Positions 58,128 through 64,000 of a stretch of DNA of 64,000 nt are shown here, in pieces. Origin of the DNA: Clostridia bacterium. GTDB lineage: Bacteria; Bacillota; Clostridia; TANB77; CAG-508. Positions within the stretch are counted from its first letter, which is position 1, and every line of letters starts with the position of its first letter. Position numbers and translations under genes: made by a program. The notes beneath the pieces are model-generated. The model did no database searches. It was not told the DNA's origin and was given only the letters and a program-made list of their open reading frames with translations. Where the stretch lies: positions 6,470 through 70,469 of the forward strand of contig JAFWDV010000008.1 of the NCBI GenBank assembly GCA_017515985.1, written 5' to 3'.

Positions 58128-58298
58128 CTAATTTTCATTATTTTTGTTATTCTTAGTTATTTTATCTAATTCGTCAGCTCTTTCCTTTTGCTTCGATAAA
58201 GGTATCCATCCAAAAAGCGATGAAATATATTCCCCATACTTTGTTTTATCTTCCGAAAAGTTAATCTTTTGATGTTTCTCTTTTTTGTTTTTGTCCAT
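58128..58298 (-). CDS. Small hypothetical protein (about 56 aa from MDKNKKEK).
   Basis: GGAGGTG RBS 5 nt before the internal ATG. The longer track ORF overlaps the PBP gene. Confidence 0.35.
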   Translation of the reverse strand: MDKNKKEKHQKINFSEDKTKYGEYISSLFGWIPLSKQKERADELDKITKNNKNNEN

Positions 58299-58347
58299 AT
58301 ATACACCTCCAATATTATTCATATTATGTGCATATATTTCGAATTTA

Positions 58348-60888
58348 TTATGGACCATCATCTTGCTCTTCGTCATCATCTGCGTCATTTCCAGTATTAA
58401 CCGTATTATCTACTGTATTATTTACCGTATTATTCTCAGTATTATTCTGCTTATTTGTAGTATTGTTTTGAGTAGTATTTGTATTTTCATTAGTTGTATT
58501 ATTAACCGTATTTTTATTTTGTTTATCGGTTGTATTCTTGTTAGTAGTATTAGTGCTTGTATTTGAACTTGTATTGTTAACTGTGTTCGAATTTGATGTA
58601 TTTGTTGTATTTGTAGTATTAACCGAATTATCAACTGTATTTTGATTACTGTTTACAGTATTTTTATTTGTTGTAGGCTTGCTCTTTTTGTATCCACTAC
58701 TGCATGACGTACATTGATCAGGTACTGTTCCAGATAGGAAATATTCTGTATACGTATCAGAGCAAGAACTTGTAGCTGTTTTACCTGTAGATGCACAAAT
58801 AGTTGCTTGTTTAACTTTACCATTTTGTTCAAATCTGGTTTTCGAAAGACCTGAATGTATATTTCTCATAACTGATGACCAAATGTTTACAGCTGGACTC
58901 TTGCCTTTGTACTGAATACTTTCATTTATATCATATCCATACCATGTAACAGCAGTATAATACGTTGTAAATCCACATAGCCATTTATCGTAATTATTAT
59001 TCGTAGTTCCTGTTTTCGCAGCAACATCCATCCCCTCTATTTTACAAGCTCTAGCTGTTCCACTAGCACCTTCAACAGGCTGTTTTAGAAGCTCTTTCAA
59101 TATATACGCAACTTCTTCTGAAAAGACTCTTCTTTTATCTTGTTTAGATTTAATAATAGTCTTTCCTTTTCCATCTTCCACTCTTGTGTAGAAAGTTGGC
59201 TCTATGTATTCACCATCGTTTGCAATCGTAGCGTACGCTGCAGCCATTTCTAATGGCGTTATACCTTTTTCAAGACCACCTAAAGCAAGCATTAAAGATT
59301 CATCTTTGTCCTGCAAAGAAGTTATACCCATCTTCTTCATGTATTTTACAGATTTTTTAGGACCAATCTGTTCCATCATTTTAACAAATGGAATATTCTG
59401 AGAAGACTCTACAGCTCTTCTAACCGTTATTTCACCAATATAATTTTCATTATTTGTTGGTGAATATCCATCAGGACTACCATCATCAAACTTAGTTGGT
59501 TCATCTACATACATAGTTGCTGTTGTAAATATTTTTTCGCTTATACCTGGAATTAGAACTGCCAATGGTTTTGAGGCTGAACCTGTTTGTCTAAAGCCTT
59601 GAGTTGCTCTATTAAATCCTCTTGATGTTTTTTTCTCGCCAAGACCACCCACACAGGCAACAACTTGTCCATTTGTGTGATCAATTATAACCATTGCGGA
59701 TTGTGAGGTATTTCCGGTGCTCGATGATTTTATAACATACTGCTCCTTTTTATATTCCTTTTCAAGACTATCTTGTATACTTTTATTTTCGGTACTATAT
59801 ATCTTTAATCCAGACATATATATGTAATTTGTAGCAAATTTCGAATCTATATGTTTATTTTTTGAAACATCTGCAACAAGCTCCGAAATCAATGCATCAG
59901 TATGATATGAATATACTCCATCTGATACGTTCTCAGGCTTTCCATTTTTAAATTTAAGGCCATCTTCTATCTCTTGCACAGCAGAATTATAATCATCCTG
60001 ACTAATATGATTTAAGTCAAGCATTTTCTTCAGTACAGTTTTTGATCTTTTCTTTATTCTTTCCGAATTATCTTTCTCCTTAAATGGATTATAAGAATTC
60101 GGAGAATTATTAATTCCAGCTAAAAATGCGCATTCTGCCAAGTCTAAATCCTTCACATTTTTATCAAAATAATACTTAGCCCCAGCATCTACTCCATAAG
60201 TATTTGGTGCGGTATAAATAATGTTTAGATATGATTCCAAAATTTCATCTTTAGTGCAAAGCATTTCTAACTCGCCTGCCCTAATCCATTCTTGAAACTT
60301 TCTACCTACAGAATTGTCATCATCCCCAGTTAAATTCTTTACTAGTTGCTGAGTTATAGTACTTCCTCCAAATGAAGATTTTCCAAAATGTGTTACATAT
60401 GTAGTTATAGCTCCAACGGTTCTTTTAAGGTCAACGCCTTTATGTTTATAAAACCTTTCGTCTTCAATATCGATATACGCATTTTTAAGATTATCTGGAA
60501 TATCAGATAAGGAAACATTGCTTGTATTACGTTCAGAGCCTAAAGTATCTAAAACATTACCTGAAGCATCGACAACCACCGAATGTTCATTTTTCATCAT
60601 TGGCACAACAGTATTTCCCCAATTAATATACGACCAAATAACATATATACTAAAAATCAGGTAAGCAATTACAAATAGTTTGTTAAATTTTTTTATAAAC
60701 CATTTTCTTTGCGGTGACATTTGTTTTTTAATTTGCTTTTTCTTTGGTTTTCTTTTTCTAAAATCTATATTATCTTCACGACTTATTCGATTATTACCTT
60801 TGATATTACTTCTAGTATTTGAGTGCCTGCTCCTTTGTTGCATTTTATCATTCTGAAGACGCGCTCTACTATTTCTATCATTCCTCAA
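58348..60888 (-). CDS. Class A penicillin-binding protein (transglycosylase + transpeptidase) with an Arg-rich N-terminus and an Asn/Thr-rich low-complexity C-terminal tail.
   Basis: GT51 motif GGSTITQQLVKN. Transpeptidase SxxK (GSASKP), SxN and KTGTT motifs. Confidence 0.85.
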   Translation of the reverse strand: MRNDRNSRARLQNDKMQQRSRHSNTRSNIKGNNRISREDNIDFRKRKPKKKQIKKQMSPQRKWFIKKFNKLFVIAYLIFSIYVIWSYINWGNTVVPMMKNEHSVVVDASGNVLDTLGSERNTSNVSLSDIPDNLKNAYIDIEDERFYKHKGVDLKRTVGAITTYVTHFGKSSFGGSTITQQLVKNLTGDDDNSVGRKFQEWIRAGELEMLCTKDEILESYLNIIYTAPNTYGVDAGAKYYFDKNVKDLDLAECAFLAGINNSPNSYNPFKEKDNSERIKKRSKTVLKKMLDLNHISQDDYNSAVQEIEDGLKFKNGKPENVSDGVYSYHTDALISELVADVSKNKHIDSKFATNYIYMSGLKIYSTENKSIQDSLEKEYKKEQYVIKSSSTGNTSQSAMVIIDHTNGQVVACVGGLGEKKTSRGFNRATQGFRQTGSASKPLAVLIPGISEKIFTTATMYVDEPTKFDDGSPDGYSPTNNENYIGEITVRRAVESSQNIPFVKMMEQIGPKKSVKYMKKMGITSLQDKDESLMLALGGLEKGITPLEMAAAYATIANDGEYIEPTFYTRVEDGKGKTIIKSKQDKRRVFSEEVAYILKELLKQPVEGASGTARACKIEGMDVAAKTGTTNNNYDKWLCGFTTYYTAVTWYGYDINESIQYKGKSPAVNIWSSVMRNIHSGLSKTRFEQNGKVKQATICASTGKTATSSCSDTYTEYFLSGTVPDQCTSCSSGYKKSKPTTNKNTVNSNQNTVDNSVNTTNTTNTSNSNTVNNTSSNTSTNTTNKNTTDKQNKNTVNNTTNENTNTTQNNTTNKQNNTENNTVNNTVDNTVNTGNDADDDEEQDDGP

Positions 60889-60950
60889 TAAAAATCACCT
60901 TCTATTAATTTTCTGCCATAATTTTATCATTGTAAGATTTATTTTGCAAA

Positions 60951-61017
60951 TCAGAAATTTAAGGACGGAGGAAAACTTCCTAAATGGAAATTTTTTCCTC
61001 CGTCCCCAAAATTTTTA
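60951..61017. repeat. REPIN-like element (variant left arm AAGGACGGAGG, perfect right arm).
   Basis: GAAATTTAAGGACGGAGGAAAACTT ... GAAATTTTTTCCTCCGTCCCCAAAATTTTT. Confidence 0.75.
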
Positions 61018-61656
61018 TTTTTCAGTCATATTTTTGGCTGTTTTCTTTCTAATTCTTTGTATTGCGTTATCTATTGATTTCACTGGAGAATCAAGTTTTT
61101 CAGCAATAACTGTATATGAACTGCCATTCACAAGTTCAGTAAGAACCTGCCTTTCAAATGGACTTAATGATTTTTCTATTACATCTTCCACATTCTCATA
61201 ATACTCTTTTTTTGTAATCGTATCTAGTGGATCTTCTATTACATTAGCATCAAAAACATCATAAATACTTGTATCGTCATCATCATCGTCATATGCAGAC
61301 ATATTCAAGGACAAATATGAATTAAGTGGCATATGCTTTTGCCTGTTTGAACTTTTGATTGCCGTTATTAGCTGTCTTTCAACGCACAAGTTGGCAAATG
61401 ATTTAAATGAGTTTTGCTTTTCTCCATCGTAATTTTGAATAGCCTTATATAAACCTATTAAGCCCTCTTGCATTATATCTTCTTTTTCTGCTCCAACAAT
61501 GAAGTATCTACTAACTTTCATATTAACAATTTCTTTGTATTTGTCTAACAGAAAATTTAGAGCTTCATTGTCACCAGATTTAACTTTTTTGATTAAATCC
61601 TCATCACTATCATTTGTATAGTTAGATACATTAGCATTTGTATAATCGAATTTCAT
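61015..61656 (-). CDS. sigH: RNA polymerase sigma-H (Spo0H-type ECF-like sigma factor).
   Basis: EDIMQEGLIGLYKAIQNY...FKSFANLCVERQLITAIKSSNRQKHMPLNSYLSLN closely parallels the B. subtilis SigH region 2/3. Confidence 0.65.
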   Translation of the reverse strand: MKFDYTNANVSNYTNDSDEDLIKKVKSGDNEALNFLLDKYKEIVNMKVSRYFIVGAEKEDIMQEGLIGLYKAIQNYDGEKQNSFKSFANLCVERQLITAIKSSNRQKHMPLNSYLSLNMSAYDDDDDDTSIYDVFDANVIEDPLDTITKKEYYENVEDVIEKSLSPFERQVLTELVNGSSYTVIAEKLDSPVKSIDNAIQRIRKKTAKNMTEK

Positions 61657-61768
61657 ATGTTACAGTTCCTCCTGGCGAGTTTTCGCTTGCTTGCTATGTC
61701 TTATTATTATCACCTTGTTTATTTAATGTCAAGGATTTAAAGCAATTTTTTTGCCTAAATATCAGCGT

Positions 61769-62338
61769 TTACCACATATACCAGTTTTCATTGTATCTAT
61801 ATACATAGAAGTCTTGAGATTCATTTTTTGATTTTTCATCTTCCTTATTCTCTTCAGTGCCTTCACTATTTTCTCCGCCTTCATTATTAGCAGCTTCCTG
61901 ACTATAAATCTTCATTTTTACAGTTACAATATAAGCCTTATCAATTGTAATCTCTCCGGCATCTGGATATAATGCTTTAAGTTGTCCTGCCAAATTATCT
62001 GCATCCTTCTGCTCAATCTCCGTAGGATCACCAATTTCGTATTCAAATGTAATATTTTGTCCAAGCTCTTCTTCATATTGCTTATATGCCTCTTCAATAT
62101 TTTCTTGAGAAATTAAATTCTCTGCATGCATAAACTCTGGAAAAGCTTGTAATACTTGCTCTAAACTTTTATTTTTTATTCCGTCTAAATACGTTCTTAA
62201 TGGTTTCTCGTAAACTTCCTTACTAATTTCTTCTTTTTTATTAGCTTCATTATCATTCTTTTTACATCCTGAAAATGCTAATACACTGGATACAATCAAT
62301 AATCCAATAATCATTATTCTTAAAAATCTTTTCATCAT
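61769..62338 (-). CDS. Lipoprotein of unknown function, acidic.
   Basis: Signal peptide with lipobox LAFSGC. Confidence 0.6.
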   Translation of the reverse strand: MMKRFLRIMIIGLLIVSSVLAFSGCKKNDNEANKKEEISKEVYEKPLRTYLDGIKNKSLEQVLQAFPEFMHAENLISQENIEEAYKQYEEELGQNITFEYEIGDPTEIEQKDADNLAGQLKALYPDAGEITIDKAYIVTVKMKIYSQEAANNEGGENSEGTEENKEDEKSKNESQDFYVYRYNENWYMW

Positions 62339-62374
62339 ACGTTTTACCCTCCATATATCTTGAATTTTACGGTA

Positions 62375-64000
62375 TTATATAGCATTTTGAACTGCTGTCT
62401 CATTTACAGTTTCATCAACTGTAGTGCTATCCTTTTTCTCCTTTTCTTCCTTTTCAGTACGCACAAGCTCTTCTAGTTTATCAATTAACGACTGCAATTT
62501 GTTAATATCTTTTCCGATTATTTCATAATCAGAATTAGATGTAGACTCTTTTAAATTTTTATTTGCTTTAATAATTGAATTTATAATATCTTCTTTATTT
62601 TCAAAGTTTCCAATTTCAATATCAACACCTTGCAATATAAGATTTTTTAATGCATTTTCAATATCATCGCCAATTGCAATTTTATTTCCTGAGGCAACAA
62701 TTACTTTTCTTAATTTTGGTAATGAATTGCTCTCATTTAAATATTCTTGATAAATAGCCTCCACATAAACAATTTTATCGTTTATAGGAACTAGCACGAT
62801 GCTCTTAGTTATCTTGGTTCCAGAAACATGAAGATTCTCAATTTCTTTTGAAATCTCTTCACTCTGATTTATCTGAGTATCAAGCTGAATTGGACCAATT
62901 ATAGCATTATCAGCATTATATCTATATAATTTTAACTTACTATTTCCATTTTCGTATGAACCAACTAGATATGATGTTAAACTTTGTTTTCCAAATAATG
63001 TGTATGGCAATACCATTGCTAAAGCCTCATCATCACTATCTACAGTCTTAACAACAGAATAGTATGGTTTCATTTGTGTTGCAGTTGCAACACCATCTTG
63101 TGAAGGACCATTGATTCCTTCTCCATATTTTGCTATATCCCATATATCGTTTGCTCTATATATAACATCAGTTTCCGTATTATGATATCTTTTTAATAAT
63201 TCAGATTGTATATCATATAAATATCTTGGATAGTTGAATCGACTACTTATTTCGTTTGGAATCTGTTCATCTATTCCCATAAATACTTCTGGGAAAGCTT
63301 TTTGATAAGCCATTGCAATTAAATCTGTTCTATCCGTTATATAAAACTTAACATCTCCATCATAAGCATCAATTAAAACTTTTACAGAATTCTTTATATA
63401 GTTGATTTCCTGACCATCTACGTTAGATTTTTGTGAATATGGATAATATTTTGAAGTTGTATATGCATCAATTACCCATACAAGTTTACCACCATCAGTT
63501 ACAACTAAGTAAGGAGACTCGTCATACTTTAGATATGGCATTATTTTCTTAGCTCTATCAATAACGTTTCTATTTGTTAAAATTTTACTATTTTCGTTAA
63601 GATTATTTGTAAATGCAAGATTAAAATCATGCTCCGATAATGCAAGTATCATCTTGTCAAATCCATTTAGTGATAAACCTGCTTTACCATCATATGAATT
63701 TGTTGCACCTTCAGACCCTTCCAAAGGATAATCAAATTCATTTTTTATTTTGCTATTTGTTACTATTGTTTTATTTGTTTCTAATCCAAAATATATTCTT
63801 GGATTTCCTACATTTATTATATTATTGTCGGCAGAATAATCTTTCTGTAAATTTACTAAATCACCATTAATATCTGTTTTTGATGCTGAAGTAACTACCA
63901 CACCATATCCATGAGTATTTTCATATGTTGAATTCGTATACGAATTTTCTGATGACGCAATCTCTCTTGGCGTGATATATACAAGAGTTTTCTTTCCGTC
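62375..64000 (-). CDS. UPF0182-family large membrane protein, C-terminal part (the gene continues beyond the window end).
   Basis: The open frame reaches the window edge. Composition and motifs resemble UPF0182 proteins found near sigH in clostridia. Low-confidence family call. Confidence 0.45.
   Translation of the reverse strand, partial: DGKKTLVYITPREIASSENSYTNSTYENTHGYGVVVTSASKTDINGDLVNLQKDYSADNNIINVGNPRIYFGLETNKTIVTNSKIKNEFDYPLEGSEGATNSYDGKAGLSLNGFDKMILALSEHDFNLAFTNNLNENSKILTNRNVIDRAKKIMPYLKYDESPYLVVTDGGKLVWVIDAYTTSKYYPYSQKSNVDGQEINYIKNSVKVLIDAYDGDVKFYITDRTDLIAMAYQKAFPEVFMGIDEQIPNEISSRFNYPRYLYDIQSELLKRYHNTETDVIYRANDIWDIAKYGEGINGPSQDGVATATQMKPYYSVVKTVDSDDEALAMVLPYTLFGKQSLTSYLVGSYENGNSKLKLYRYNADNAIIGPIQLDTQINQSEEISKEIENLHVSGTKITKSIVLVPINDKIVYVEAIYQEYLNESNSLPKLRKVIVASGNKIAIGDDIENALKNLILQGVDIEIGNFENKEDIINSIIKANKNLKESTSNSDYEIIGKDINKLQSLIDKLEELVRTEKEEKEKKDSTTVDETVNETAVQNAI

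Noticed and set aside
1-64000. CRISPR arrays, tRNA or rRNA genes, integrases or phage structural genes
   Set aside because: No short, regularly spaced direct repeats with unique spacers were seen. There are no cloverleaf-like conserved tRNA motifs, no rRNA-like GC-rich blocks and no recombinase or phage motifs. The only mobile-element signature is the HuH transposase with REP arms.

Overview
This is a low-GC (about 28%) Clostridium-like chromosomal window in which nearly all genes are on the minus strand. Core genes include uppP, tyrS with a T-box leader, an AddA-type helicase-nuclease with no addB partner, a pyrimidine operon (pyrC-pyrK-pyrD-pyrF-pyrE-pyrB, with the PyrI zinc domain fused to the end of PyrB), metG, glmM, a class A PBP, sigH, tcdA, a CYTH protein and two P-type ATPases. 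Accessory content is dense. At 0.4-6.7 kb there is a pyruvylated exopolysaccharide locus (Wzy/EpsG-like polymerase, GT4, F420-beta-like FeS protein, pyruvyl transferase, GT2, priming sugar transferase). At 7-10.4 kb there is a sortase with a neighbouring LIQTGS-anchored substrate and a divergent LCP gene. At 22.1-26.1 kb there is a glycolipid cassette (acyltransferase, two GT8 genes, flippase-like membrane protein). Two tandem membrane-anchored papain(C1)-LRR proteins occupy 44.6-51.3 kb. Also present are a Qnr-like pentapeptide protein and a frameshifted 1-Cys peroxiredoxin. Structures not explained by ordinary annotation: (a) a dispersed family of GGGGACGGAGGAAAAAATTT inverted-repeat elements (at least 8 copies) plus an IS200-like HuH tyrosine transposase flanked by inverted single copies, i.e. 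a candidate REPIN-RAYT system in a Firmicute; (b) a 2.7 kb four-gene cassette (phosphoribosyltransferase-like, a Rossmann protein resembling SLOG or nucleoside deoxyribosyltransferase, a 347 aa unknown, a small membrane protein) with its own promoter, flanked by about 50 bp direct-repeat terminators, a candidate nucleotide-centric defence or conflict module; (c) three GC-rich islets (17.45-18.14 kb, 32.4-34.3 kb, 40.03-40.42 kb) carrying orphan genes with GC-rich terminators, one with a perfect sigma-A consensus promoter; (d) an 802 aa orphan protein bracketed by two near-identical copies of the tyrS promoter.
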